From a virus, in IMG/VR virus record IMGVR_UViG_3300025104_000001, positions 26,768 to 90,767 of that record: a stretch of DNA of 64,000 nucleotides. One strand, 5' to 3'. The notes under the pieces are model-generated. The model was not told where the DNA came from, ran no database searches, and saw nothing but the letters and a program-made list of their open reading frames with translations. Of this stretch, positions 46,763 to 56,023 are shown one piece after another. A program made the translations under genes and the position numbers. Numbering within the stretch: position 1 is the first letter of the stretch; each line of letters begins with the position of its first letter.

Positions 46763-47458
46763 ATGGCGCTACCAAAAATTGAAAGTCCTACATTCACTAC
46801 AAAACTTCCGACAGGCGAAGATTTGAAGTTTCGACCATTCACTGTTAAGGAACAGAAGAATCTCCTGATTATTGCAGAGGGTGGTTCAGAGAAAGATATT
46901 GTTGAAGGTATTGTTGAATTGGTGACAAATTGCACATTCGGTAAAATTGATTGGCTAAAACAACCTACGGTCAATTTGGAATATGCATTCTTGCATATTC
47001 GTTCCAAGTCTGTGGGTGAGGTTGTTGAAATGACATATCAGTGTAAAGCCGCACATGATGGGAAAACGTGTAATCAGAAGAACTTCATCGAGGTTGATGT
47101 TAGAACCGCGACCCATGAACCTTTCCCTGAAAGCACAATCAAGATTACAGATTCAATCTCTATCACGTTTGACCATGTTACAGTCAAAGATGTACTGGAT
47201 ATGATGAACGGTCTAACAAGCGAACAGTTGTTGTATGCGAAGACCAAAATGGTTATCCACGGTGATGAGGTAATTACAGAATTCAACAAAGACGAATTCA
47301 AAGAGTTTGTCGATTCATTTCCACCTGATGCTTCAGAACGAGTTGATGCATTTTTCCGAAATCAACCCACATTGGTTCTGAAGCCTAAGACTAAATGCAC
47401 CAAATGCGGCGAAGAATCATTTATTGAATTGAAAGGCGTTCTAAATTTTTTCGGATAA
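46763..47458 (+). CDS. 26: Baseplate hub assembly protein gp26-like
   Basis: MALPKI..P, FRPFTVKEQK.LL, LEY.FL.IRSKSVGE, CTKC..GVLNFF. Confidence 0.85.
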   Translation: MALPKIESPTFTTKLPTGEDLKFRPFTVKEQKNLLIIAEGGSEKDIVEGIVELVTNCTFGKIDWLKQPTVNLEYAFLHIRSKSVGEVVEMTYQCKAAHDGKTCNQKNFIEVDVRTATHEPFPESTIKITDSISITFDHVTVKDVLDMMNGLTSEQLLYAKTKMVIHGDEVITEFNKDEFKEFVDSFPPDASERVDAFFRNQPTLVLKPKTKCTKCGEESFIELKGVLNFFG

Positions 47459-47484
47459 TTCTCGGTCATGAGCCATTGAGTGTA

Positions 47485-47643
47485 ATGTATAAGCTCAATT
47501 TCCAATTGATGCAGTTACACAAATACTCATTGACCGAGATTGAAAGTATGATTCCTTTTGAACGAGAAATTTACTTGGCTATGTTGGCGAAACACATTAG
47601 AGAAGAGAACGAACGGATTAAAAATGCCAAACGAAGAAAGTAA
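47485..47643 (+). CDS. 51: Small gp51-like hub assembly protein (possibly also made as a -1 frameshift fusion with gp26)
   Basis: Manual translation MYKLNFQLMQLHKYSLTEIESMIPFEREIYLAML...; frame open back through the slippery site at 47443. Confidence 0.8.
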   Translation: MYKLNFQLMQLHKYSLTEIESMIPFEREIYLAMLAKHIREENERIKNAKRRK

Positions 47644-49516
47644 GCTAAGAAAAGCAATTGAAGAACTAACAAAGCTACCTCAAAAGCTAAAGGAAGGCGT
47701 TAAAAATTTCGCCGAGGATTCGGTTGAAAATGTTAAGAGTGTGTTCACTCGTAAAAATGTAGTTAACGCAATCATGCCCAAATTCTTCGGTCGCGGAGTC
47801 AATAAGATTTTGGATATAATAAGTGATAGAACAAAAAAAGTCGAACCCAACCGATCAACCATCAGCACTGATAAACCCGCATTTGAAACTGATGATGAAA
47901 CGGACATCGATCTAGTTGAAGAACTGCTAGATACAATAGACGAAGGCTTCACTGAAACGAATGAAAACCTAACAAAGATCTTAAAAAAGCTAGGTGGTGA
48001 AGGTTCATCATCTAACAATTCAACAACACCTCTGCTTCTAGGGTATTCAAATAAAACAGAAGGGTCTATCGCTGAAATCATAGACGTCCCCGAAAAGAGC
48101 CAAGAGACTCTTGTAGAGCTTTTGGACATCAATGGTCAAATTGTTAAGGTAATGCAGGCTGTTGAAAAGAACACCCGCGTCGATTCTCTGAAGCAACGTG
48201 AGGATGAAATCGAAGCTCGTAAAGCTAGAGCAGCTCAGCGTATGTTGCAAATGGGAGCAACTGGTTCTGTTGGAGCAGCGAGTGTAGGTGGTAAGGGCGA
48301 CATCATGGACGCCATTATGAATGGCTTAGTAAATGCTGTCTTGGGGTATGCAGGCATCAAGGCCGCATCTAGTCGCCTAGGTGGTAAAGTATTGGGTGGC
48401 GTCAAAGGAGCAGCTAGTTCTGTTTGGCAAGGTGTGAAAGGTGCTGTTGGGGGTGTGTGGCAGGGCGCTAAAAACGGTGCATTAGCAGCATCTAATGCTT
48501 GGAAAAATACAGGCGGTGCAAAGGGCATATGGGGAGCAATGAAAGGTGCCGCTTCAAGAGCACCTGCCCCTTTGAAAGCCCTTGGTCTTGTGGGTGCAGG
48601 AAGCGCCGCAGCTAGTGCGGCCCCAGCAGTTTCATCAACATTGCCTGCAAAGGTGGGCGGAGCAGTTGCGCCCGCGGCTGTAAAAGGTGGTTTCCTACAA
48701 GGTGCCAAGAACATTGGAGCTAAGGCATTGGGTGCCCCTTTGAAAGCCCTTGGTCTTGTGGGTGCAGGAAGCGCCGCAGCTAGTGCGGCCCCAGCAGTTT
48801 CATCAACATTGCCTGCACTAGCTGCAACAAACGCCACCAAGGTGGGCGGAGCAGTTGCGCCCGCGGCTGTAAAAGGTGGTTTCCTACAAGGTGCCAAGAA
48901 CATTGGAGCTAAGGCATTGGGTGCCCCTTTGACATTAGGCATTGGCGCATATGAAGCCTACAACGTAAGCAAAGACGAGAAACTTTCATCTGAACAGAAG
49001 ACAATAGAGTATTCCAAGATAGGTGGCAAAACGGCAGGTGCCCTAGCTGGAGCCAAGGCTGGTGCAATGGTAGGCGCAATAGGCGGTCCTATTGGAGCTG
49101 CAATCGGCGGTGTGATTGGTGGTATTGGTGGATACTTCCTAGGTGAAAAGGGCGGCGAGGTTGTGGGTGACGTTATCAATGCAGTTGCTCCTTCAAATTC
49201 GCCGTTAGAAACAAAGATACCTCGGGTTAATGTTTCTAATACGGTAAAACCTAACATCGGCACAATTCAACCAGGCCAGACAAAGACAAATAACCTTCAG
49301 TTTTTGACTCAGCAGATTGAACAAACTAATGCCGAGAAACAAGACATGAAAGCAAATCCTACAATTGTGCCAATTGCAATAAATAATCAAAGTAATATTT
49401 CAACGTCTCAAGGTTCGGATTCTGGAAGAACTAGAACCCCCGTGCCACTAGTTAGAAACCAAGACGGAACAATTCAGAGATTATTGGATTTGAATTATCA
49501 TCCGCTATTGACATGA
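47624..49516 (+). CDS. Probable tape measure protein (gp29-like)
   Basis: About 630 aa, Gly/Ala-rich helical repeats, GA.IG..IGG motif; follows gp26/51. Confidence 0.7.
   Translation: MPNEESKLRKAIEELTKLPQKLKEGVKNFAEDSVENVKSVFTRKNVVNAIMPKFFGRGVNKILDIISDRTKKVEPNRSTISTDKPAFETDDETDIDLVEELLDTIDEGFTETNENLTKILKKLGGEGSSSNNSTTPLLLGYSNKTEGSIAEIIDVPEKSQETLVELLDINGQIVKVMQAVEKNTRVDSLKQREDEIEARKARAAQRMLQMGATGSVGAASVGGKGDIMDAIMNGLVNAVLGYAGIKAASSRLGGKVLGGVKGAASSVWQGVKGAVGGVWQGAKNGALAASNAWKNTGGAKGIWGAMKGAASRAPAPLKALGLVGAGSAAASAAPAVSSTLPAKVGGAVAPAAVKGGFLQGAKNIGAKALGAPLKALGLVGAGSAAASAAPAVSSTLPALAATNATKVGGAVAPAAVKGGFLQGAKNIGAKALGAPLTLGIGAYEAYNVSKDEKLSSEQKTIEYSKIGGKTAGALAGAKAGAMVGAIGGPIGAAIGGVIGGIGGYFLGEKGGEVVGDVINAVAPSNSPLETKIPRVNVSNTVKPNIGTIQPGQTKTNNLQFLTQQIEQTNAEKQDMKANPTIVPIAINNQSNISTSQGSDSGRTRTPVPLVRNQDGTIQRLLDLNYHPLLT
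48565..48932 (+). repeat. In-frame tandem duplication (168/189 bp) inside the tape measure
   Basis: Two copies identical except a 21-bp indel. Confidence 0.9.
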
Positions 49517-49527
49517 GGAATTAGACA

Positions 49528-49779
49528 ATGCCAATTTACGAATTTCAGTGTAGTGAATGTGAAGGTGTGGTAGATAGGTTTTTCAAAATGTCTGAAAAGC
49601 CTAAAGAGTTTATTGACAAGTGCCCCCATTGCAAATCAACCTCAACATTCAAGTCGATTATGAGTGCAGTTGCAATGTCATATAACGGCTTTAATCACGC
49701 CGCCAAAGTTCCAACGGATTTGAAAAATAGACTTGATCAGATTAGAAAACACTATCCCAATATGCAATCAACTGTTTAA
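49528..49779 (+). CDS. FmdB-family zinc-ribbon protein
   Basis: MPIYEFQCSEC...CPHC. Confidence 0.8.
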   Translation: MPIYEFQCSECEGVVDRFFKMSEKPKEFIDKCPHCKSTSTFKSIMSAVAMSYNGFNHAAKVPTDLKNRLDQIRKHYPNMQSTV

Positions 49780-49791
49780 AAGGAGTTAGTT

Positions 49792-50130
49792 ATGGTTGAG
49801 ACTTTTCAAGATTTTATGAAGAGAATTTGGGTTGATCTTCAACGCCTATTCTTTTTGTTCCTTGTGGTATTCGTTCTATCATCAATTGATAGCGTTTTCC
49901 CATTCGCGGGACAATATGCATTTCTAACATCTGTATTGACAAGCACATCTATTGTTTTGTCTGTTGCAGGAATTAGCCATATCATTCGTCGCATTTTTTT
50001 CCCTAGTATTGATTTGAAAGAGTTTTCTCGAGAAGCGCTAAATCATCCACTGGCTTCTGCAATCGTTTTTCTAGGCGTTTGTATTGTCCTTTCAACCTTT
50101 ATTGTTGTAAATGTAATGTTGCTAACATGA
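49792..50130 (+). CDS. Putative holin (3 TM)
   Basis: Three hydrophobic helices, directly upstream of the endolysin. Confidence 0.65.
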   Translation: MVETFQDFMKRIWVDLQRLFFLFLVVFVLSSIDSVFPFAGQYAFLTSVLTSTSIVLSVAGISHIIRRIFFPSIDLKEFSREALNHPLASAIVFLGVCIVLSTFIVVNVMLLT

Positions 50131-50819
50131 CTAAACTATCACTTTTCCTAATTGGACTTGTGATGAGTATCAACGTGTTAGCAGATGAGGTTCCAAAGAA
50201 CTTCTTATATCATAAGGACGCATTAGTTAAAGTGATGCAAACAAGTTGGAATGACATTTCTATTCCGAGTGTTATTCCGGGCTTAATTGAGCAAGAGACG
50301 TGCATTTCATTGACCCATCCCAAATGCTGGTCTAGATTCGCAAAACTAGAGACTAGCAGGGAATATGGATTTGGTCTGGGTCAATTAACAGTCACAAAAC
50401 GTTTCAATGCATTTGAAGAAGTCAAAACATTGGATAGTCGTTTGAAAGATTGGAAATGGGATGATCGTTTCAATGCCGAATATCAAATGATTGCTATTGT
50501 AGCAATGTTGAAACGAAACTTCAAGGTTTTCAGAAGTGCTGAAAAGGAAATCGACCGATATGCCTTTGCTCTTGCAGCATACAATGGCGGCATAGGTGGG
50601 ATTCAATCAGATCAACGTATCTGCAGAAACACAAAAGGATGCAATCCCAATTTGTGGTTTGGGCACGTTGAACATACTTCATTGAAAAAGAAAACTGCTG
50701 TAACTGGTTATGGTAAAAGTTTCTTCGAGATAAATCGAAAGTATCCAGTGAATATTTTGAACGTCAGACGATTCAAGTACAAACCATATGTTGATCCCTA
50801 TTTCAAGGCGGTGCTATGA
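50127..50819 (+). CDS. Endolysin, lytic transglycosylase (SLT-like) with N-terminal signal
   Basis: IEQET catalytic Glu, GFGLGQ, AAYNGG; MTKLSLFLIGLVMSINVLA leader. Confidence 0.82.
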   Translation: MTKLSLFLIGLVMSINVLADEVPKNFLYHKDALVKVMQTSWNDISIPSVIPGLIEQETCISLTHPKCWSRFAKLETSREYGFGLGQLTVTKRFNAFEEVKTLDSRLKDWKWDDRFNAEYQMIAIVAMLKRNFKVFRSAEKEIDRYAFALAAYNGGIGGIQSDQRICRNTKGCNPNLWFGHVEHTSLKKKTAVTGYGKSFFEINRKYPVNILNVRRFKYKPYVDPYFKAVL

Positions 50820-51370
50820 TCTCAAATCGTAAACTTTATTTGATTATCGCCGCATTTGTTTCATCCGTGGGCGCTTCTGTTTATTTCACCGCCCAATATA
50901 AAGACGGGCAATATGCAATCAAAGAGCAAAAGGTTCGGGATGAGTATATTGCTGAGTTGAAGAAACGCCAGGATGAATACAATGCAAGGGTGGAAGAGCT
51001 GAACAAAAAGGCTCTTGAACGCCAAACACAATTGTCCAATCTCAATTCAGAATTGGAGAGAAAATATGCTAATGCGAACAAACGTGCAGATCAAGCGCTT
51101 ACTAAGTATAATGATCTTGTCTCTAATGGTTGGAGGTTGCGGGACCCCGGAACCCAAACCCAACCCTCCATGCAATTGCCCAACGCCTCCAGTGGTGGTG
51201 ATTCCTCAACCACCACTGGCAGTAACGGAGCCTCCAGTGGCGGAGAACTTTCTAGAGAGGCTAGTGAATTTCTTCTCCAACTCGCCTCAGACGCCGACAA
51301 AGTAGTGGAACAATTAAGAGTTGCACAAGAGTACGCTTTGCGTCTAAAACAGATTTGCGAAAAACAATAA
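50816..51370 (+). CDS. Inner-membrane spanin (Rz-like)
   Basis: N-terminal TM, coiled coil, LS....FL..LA..AD...QL...Q.Y. Confidence 0.82.
   Translation: MISNRKLYLIIAAFVSSVGASVYFTAQYKDGQYAIKEQKVRDEYIAELKKRQDEYNARVEELNKKALERQTQLSNLNSELERKYANANKRADQALTKYNDLVSNGWRLRDPGTQTQPSMQLPNASSGGDSSTTTGSNGASSGGELSREASEFLLQLASDADKVVEQLRVAQEYALRLKQICEKQ
51066..51305 (+). CDS. Outer-membrane lipoprotein spanin (Rz1-like), embedded in Rz
   Basis: Hydrophobic signal plus VGG|C lipobox, Pro-rich mature region, +1 frame fully within Rz. Confidence 0.75.
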   Translation: MLMRTNVQIKRLLSIMILSLMVGGCGTPEPKPNPPCNCPTPPVVVIPQPPLAVTEPPVAENFLERLVNFFSNSPQTPTK

Positions 51371-51400
51371 ATGAAGCATATTTACATGATATGCGAATCA

Positions 51401-51434
51401 AAGGGATCGGATTTCTCCGATCCCTTTTCTTTTC
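51401..51434 (+). terminator. Intrinsic terminator after lysis cassette
   Basis: AAGGGATCGGA-TTTC-TCCGATCCCTT followed by T-tract. Confidence 0.75.
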
Positions 51435-51454
51435 TTAACAAACAAGGAGTTTAG

Positions 51455-52159
51455 ATGCGCAGAACAACCAAGCAGCCAACTAAAGGGAAAAGAACGGGAA
51501 TGGTAAAGCGCGAAGAATTTTCTCTTGCAGAAATTAAGCCAAAAACAGAAGCCCAGCGAATGATGATGGCAGGATATTTGCAAGGGCAAAACGTTGTAGC
51601 ATATGGTTCGGCTGGTTCGGGTAAATCATTCATTGCATGTTACTTGGCACTAAAAGATTTGCATGATAAGGAGAAACAAAAAATAATCATTGTTAGAAGC
51701 GCAGTCCCAACTCGAGACCAAGGTTTTCTACCAGGTACCCTTGAAGAAAAATCAGCCATATATCAGATTCCCTATGTCAATATCATCAATGAACTTTGTC
51801 AGAACGGAGCAGCTTGGGAAATCTTGACAAAGAAGGGAGCAATTCAATTCATGACCACAAGCTATGTCCGAGGCGTCACTCTTGATGATGCAGTTATAAT
51901 AGTGGACGAATTTCAGAACCTAACTCCCCATGAAATCTATTCTTTACTAACCCGTGTAGGTGAAAATACCCAAGTAATTTTGTGCGGTGACACAAAACAA
52001 TCTGATCTGAACAAGAAGAAAGAAGAATCTTGTTTTGAATGGATGATGAAGGTTGCAGAACGTATGCCTGATTGGTTCGATCTTGTTCGATTCATGCCTT
52101 GCGATATTGTCAGATCAGAGTTCGTCAAGAAACTTATTATGGTTACGGAAGATCTATAA
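51455..52159 (+). CDS. phoH: PhoH-family ATPase
   Basis: GSAGSGKS, GFLPG, RGVTL, DEFQN, TRVG, GD..QSDL. Confidence 0.93.
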   Translation: MRRTTKQPTKGKRTGMVKREEFSLAEIKPKTEAQRMMMAGYLQGQNVVAYGSAGSGKSFIACYLALKDLHDKEKQKIIIVRSAVPTRDQGFLPGTLEEKSAIYQIPYVNIINELCQNGAAWEILTKKGAIQFMTTSYVRGVTLDDAVIIVDEFQNLTPHEIYSLLTRVGENTQVILCGDTKQSDLNKKKEESCFEWMMKVAERMPDWFDLVRFMPCDIVRSEFVKKLIMVTEDL

Positions 52160-52162
52160 ATA
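52155..52162 (+). promoter_or_regulatory. T4-type late promoter
   Basis: TATAAATA upstream of gp25. Confidence 0.75.
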
Positions 52163-52192
52163 GCTGGAGAGGTTTCGTAGAGATTCAATAAA

Positions 52193-52582
52193 ATGGCAAA
52201 GAAATATGTTTACCGAGATATCAATCTGGCGTTTGAAAAACATCCGCTTACTGGAGATGTTGTCTCGGCTACAGATGTTGAAGCAATTAAGAAATCTCTG
52301 CGAAACCTTGTTATGACCAATCTTTATGACGTCCCTTTCAATCCAGAAAAGGGAACATTGTTGAACGGTTCTTTGTTTGAGAACTTTACACCAATTACAA
52401 CAGAGTTTCTCAAGACAAAAATAAAAGAGATGGTTGATCTCTATGAACCTCGAATTCAGGTTCAGAAAATTGTTATATTCCAAAAAGAGGACCAGAATGC
52501 ACTGGAAGTGACAATTCACTTCAAAATTCTTGACTTAAATAGGTTCGAGGATATTACAATCTTCGTTGAAAGAACGAGATAA
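52193..52582 (+). CDS. 25: Baseplate wedge gp25
   Basis: YRDINL.F..HP.TGD, AIKKSLRNL, YEPRI. Confidence 0.92.
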   Translation: MAKKYVYRDINLAFEKHPLTGDVVSATDVEAIKKSLRNLVMTNLYDVPFNPEKGTLLNGSLFENFTPITTEFLKTKIKEMVDLYEPRIQVQKIVIFQKEDQNALEVTIHFKILDLNRFEDITIFVERTR

Positions 52583-52587
52583 AGAAA

Positions 52588-54303
52588 ATGGCAGAAAGGG
52601 CTCTAATTAATCTGACGGCAATGGAATTCTCCGACATTAAGGAGAATTTAAAGGCGTTTCTACGAAATCAGGACGAATTTACAGATTACAATTTTGAAGG
52701 CTCTGGGCTTTCAATTATCCTTGACCTATTGGCGTACAATTCTCAACATACGGCTTATCTAGCCAACATGCTTGCAAACGAGGCTGAAATTGATTCGGCC
52801 ATTTTGCGTTCTAACGTTGTATCAAGAGCCAAGCTATTGGGTTACACCCCAAGATCAACTACGGCATCAAGAGCAGTGCTATCAATTACAGTTAATGACC
52901 CAGGTAACCAATCTACCTCATTGTTAATGCCTCGTGGTACAAAATTCATTGCCAAATCTTCATCTCAGCAATTCATCTTTACAACACTTGACGACTACAA
53001 CCTACACCTAGATGAATCGGGTGTGTTTCGTAATGACGAGGTTGGAGTGTTTGAAGGCATCATTAAAGCGTATTCATTTGACGTTACCTCAGACGAGCGT
53101 AGATACATCATCCCTTCAAAGAAGATTGACACCAATACTTTGAGGGTGGGTGTTTTTGATAACATTAGTTCAAATGAATATACTGTCTACGAAAAAGCCC
53201 ACGGCATCAATAAAGTGGGTTCAGATTCAACCGTGTTTTGGGTTTATGAAACTGATGGCGGATTCTATGAATTGAAATTCGGTGATGGTGTATTCGGCAA
53301 AAAGCCTACATTGAACGGTGTGGTGTATTGCGAATATTTAGAATCAAATGGAAGTTCTGCAAACGGTTTCTCTCAATTCTCTCTAGTTGGAACCTTCGAG
53401 GGTTATGAGAACGCAGACATTTCAGTAGAGACAATCAATGCATCAGCAGGCGGATCAGAACCCGAAGCAACATCTTCAATCAAGCTTAATGCACCTCGTT
53501 TCTATCAGTCACAGAACAGAGCGATTACCAAAGAAGATTTTGCCGCTGTTACGAATGACATTTACCCTTATGCCAAATCTGTTGCAGTATGGGGCGGTGA
53601 AGAACTGAACCCTCCACAATTTGGTAAGGTATTCATCTCAATCATTCCAAAAAGCCTAACAAAACTAACATCTACAAACAAGCGCGATCTTGAAAGAAAG
53701 ATTCGTTCTAGGTCTGTTGCAGGCATTGCACCTGTAATCGTTGATCCTAAGTTCATCAATTTGAACATGACTATTCATGCTTCAGTCAGAAAGAACGCAA
53801 CAAATGGCTTGAGTAATTTCTCAAAACAAATAACTGATCTTGTTGAAACCTATTTTGACAATACCTTCGGAATTTTTGATAGTGACTTCTATTATTCAAA
53901 CCTCTTGGCTGAGATCAAGAACTATTCAAGAGCCATTGTAGGTGTAAGAGCAGAGTATTCATTGTCTCTTGTCAATTCATTGAATCAGACAGACTTTGCT
54001 TTCGAAAACGCCATTGTTCCTGGCAGCGTAAGAACAAACAAGGTTCGTTTGACTGGTACGACTGAATTCTATCCAATCGAAGATAACAATGGTGATGGCA
54101 CCCTTTATGCAGGAACAGTCTCAATTGGTACAGTCAATTATCACACAGGCAAGATTATTATAGATACAACTAAAATTCAAGAAACAACTACAAACGTATT
54201 GGAAGTTTTTGTGACGCCCGCAAATGATGATATTCTAGCAGGTTTCGCAACAGCAATCGTCTTGAACAAGGATAGATTGTCAGTCGAATTGAGGTCAGTA
54301 TAA
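52588..54303 (+). CDS. 6: Baseplate wedge gp6
   Basis: FTDYNFEGSGLS..LDLLAYN, FGDGVFGK, QNRAIT..D, WGGEE. Confidence 0.93.
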   Translation: MAERALINLTAMEFSDIKENLKAFLRNQDEFTDYNFEGSGLSIILDLLAYNSQHTAYLANMLANEAEIDSAILRSNVVSRAKLLGYTPRSTTASRAVLSITVNDPGNQSTSLLMPRGTKFIAKSSSQQFIFTTLDDYNLHLDESGVFRNDEVGVFEGIIKAYSFDVTSDERRYIIPSKKIDTNTLRVGVFDNISSNEYTVYEKAHGINKVGSDSTVFWVYETDGGFYELKFGDGVFGKKPTLNGVVYCEYLESNGSSANGFSQFSLVGTFEGYENADISVETINASAGGSEPEATSSIKLNAPRFYQSQNRAITKEDFAAVTNDIYPYAKSVAVWGGEELNPPQFGKVFISIIPKSLTKLTSTNKRDLERKIRSRSVAGIAPVIVDPKFINLNMTIHASVRKNATNGLSNFSKQITDLVETYFDNTFGIFDSDFYYSNLLAEIKNYSRAIVGVRAEYSLSLVNSLNQTDFAFENAIVPGSVRTNKVRLTGTTEFYPIEDNNGDGTLYAGTVSIGTVNYHTGKIIIDTTKIQETTTNVLEVFVTPANDDILAGFATAIVLNKDRLSVELRSV

Positions 54304-55619
54304 TGGCTAATATCAACGTTGTAGCGAGGGCTGGAAGCCAAATGGTTTCCGCTCTCCCAAAATTTGTAATCGAGAACTACCCTAAATTTGTGAATTTCCT
54401 TCGTGCTTATTACACCTGGTCAGCAACCGAAGGGCCAGATCTTGCAATGGAGGCGATGAAATTAGCAAATGACGTTGATTTGGTAATCGAGGAGATGTTG
54501 CCTTCATACAGAGCATCATACGCCAAGAACTTCCCAATTGAATTGAAAACCAATTTTAGACACTTCGCTAAGTTCCTCAAGGAGTTTTATCAATTGAGAG
54601 GAACCGAAGAATCCTATAGAATTTTCTTCAAAGCCGTATTTAACGAAGAAGCCTCAGTATATTTCCCTCGAATTCAACTCTTCAAACCATCTGAAGCGGT
54701 TTGGAACAAAGAAACATTTTTCAAAGCCTCTGCGACAAGCGGTAATCCGTTCGATCTCATCAATGCGGAAATCACTGGATTGAACAATGGCTACAAGGCT
54801 ATTGTGTCTAACGTTGTTAAGGTTGGTGATCTCTACGATATTTACTTCGAGGAAGCTAACGGCGAATTTGAAGTGGGTGAGGTCATTGTCCATGAAAACA
54901 TCTCAGTAACAGTTGTACCTATATTCAAGGTGTCATCATTCACCTCAACTCAAGATTGGTATGATTCATCAATCATTCATACCAACGGCGTGATATTGAA
55001 AGTGGACAAAATCAACTACGGCCGAATCGTGGGTTTGACTATTACAGACGGCGGAACAGGATATGAGGTTGATGATGTAATCACTTCAACGTCTCAATAT
55101 TCCGGAACAGGATTTAAAGCCAAGGTTACGGGTGTGGATGGTTCTGGTGCAATTACAAGCATCGCCGTTCAACGTTCAGGATTCGGATTCAGCCACGATG
55201 ACGTAGATATCATCGTTGAAAGCTCTTCGGGCACGGGCGCAATTCTTGAACCTATATTTGATTCTGAGTTCAGAAAAATCAAGAGCTTGTCAATCATTCA
55301 GAACGACAAATTCACCAATGGTTCAGATTTGACCGTTACATTGCCCAACGGAACACAGATTGTATTTACTCAAGGCGTTACCAACACTGTCAAGTATTGG
55401 GTGAAACCCCAATCAACCCCATCTACGGGGTATGCAAAGCTACATGATTCGGATTATTATCAAGAATATTCTTACGAGATTCAATCGAAAGCTGATGCGA
55501 AGGCGCAAGAAGAATCTTTGAAAGCCCTTTTGCATATCGCTGGTTTGAAGATGTTTGTGAAAACAATACTTCAAGAAGAAGCGACAATCAACGCTGAAAC
55601 CGACATCTTATTCGCTTGA
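54303..55619 (+). CDS. Baseplate wedge subunit (compact gp7-like)
   Basis: LP.F..YP.FV.FL.AYY, FY..RGT..SY..FF, DSDYYQEYSYEI..H.AG. Confidence 0.7.
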   Translation: MANINVVARAGSQMVSALPKFVIENYPKFVNFLRAYYTWSATEGPDLAMEAMKLANDVDLVIEEMLPSYRASYAKNFPIELKTNFRHFAKFLKEFYQLRGTEESYRIFFKAVFNEEASVYFPRIQLFKPSEAVWNKETFFKASATSGNPFDLINAEITGLNNGYKAIVSNVVKVGDLYDIYFEEANGEFEVGEVIVHENISVTVVPIFKVSSFTSTQDWYDSSIIHTNGVILKVDKINYGRIVGLTITDGGTGYEVDDVITSTSQYSGTGFKAKVTGVDGSGAITSIAVQRSGFGFSHDDVDIIVESSSGTGAILEPIFDSEFRKIKSLSIIQNDKFTNGSDLTVTLPNGTQIVFTQGVTNTVKYWVKPQSTPSTGYAKLHDSDYYQEYSYEIQSKADAKAQEESLKALLHIAGLKMFVKTILQEEATINAETDILFA

Positions 55620-56021
55620 TTGTCCTTTGTTCCTAATCAATTTCATTAGTTCCTCCGAGGAACCCACGTACAAGTGATTGTGGTTGATATTTGTAGAAAG
55701 GCTTTCGGAGCCCTTCTCTTTTGCCTTTGTGCGTCTTGAAGAAACTTCGTCTAGCTTGCTTGCAACATCTGTGATTGTCTTCACCAAGTTAGCAGCCACC
55801 TCAAATGCCCTTGGATGTTCCGTGCTTTCTGCAATCTGCACCAAAGCATCAAGCATGTTCTCGGACTTTTGGATCATTTTTTTGAACGTCTGACGAGCGA
55901 GTTCTTGATCTTCCTTGTCCTTGAGATCTTCTGGTGTTTCGTTTTCAATGACCAAAGGTGGCTTAGCCTCAGGTTTAGTGGCTGGAATCAGGTCGAACGT
56001 TTCTTCTAGTTTTTCAAACAT
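55608..56021 (-). CDS. 16: Terminase small subunit gp16
   Basis: AESTEHPRAFEV, LYVGSSEEL; follows gp15. Confidence 0.85.
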   Translation of the reverse strand: MFEKLEETFDLIPATKPEAKPPLVIENETPEDLKDKEDQELARQTFKKMIQKSENMLDALVQIAESTEHPRAFEVAANLVKTITDVASKLDEVSSRRTKAKEKGSESLSTNINHNHLYVGSSEELMKLIRNKGQSSE

Positions 56022-56023
56022 GA

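Noticed and set aside
48235-49263. Long antisense ORFs in the tape measure
   Set aside because: Shadow frames of Gly/Ala-rich codons
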